From Neocallimastix sp. 'constans' (lineage: Eukaryota), in contig JBODTK010000136.1 of NCBI GenBank assembly GCA_050613775.1, positions 372,001 to 436,000 on the forward strand: a stretch of DNA of 64,000 bases, in the 5' to 3' direction. Shown here piece by piece: positions 63,999 to 64,000 of this stretch. The translations under genes were made by a program, and so were the position numbers. Position 1 is the stretch's first letter, and the number at the start of each line of letters is the position of its first letter. The notes below the pieces were generated by a model. It did not search any database, was not told the DNA's origin, and saw nothing but the letters and a program-made list of their open reading frames with translations.

Positions 63999-64000
63999 TT

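Overview
Extremely AT-rich eukaryotic DNA with GT-AG introns, poly-A/T runs and (AAT)n microsatellites. This is typical of an anaerobic gut fungus (Neocallimastigomycota); the assignment is inferred from composition and gene content. Spliced genes reconstructed by hand: the 3' end of a chitin synthase, RNA Pol III subunit RPC34, a Gdown1/POLR2M-like protein, a degenerate coproporphyrinogen III oxidase-like protein with an organellar-type leader, a three-RRM protein, a USP8/Doa4-like pair (a catalytic-domain-less copy upstream of a full-length copy) and UBE2W (truncated at the window edge, with an 8-nt microexon). There are also two intronless genes (a 198-aa orphan membrane protein and a DDX21-like helicase) and a BUD31 pseudogene. 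About 21.5 kb (19.8-41.4 kb) has no recognisable gene and holds satellites, TIR elements, a copia-like relic and a recurrent TTAGCC motif. The most notable observations are a fungal homologue of the supposedly metazoan Pol II regulator Gdown1, a CPOX fold lacking its catalytic residues in an anaerobe, and a decayed fragment of a bacterial/phage-type replication protein gene at ~9.73-9.94 kb. All homology calls rest on motif recognition by eye, not database searches. Most short ORFs in the supplied track are artefacts of low-complexity DNA.
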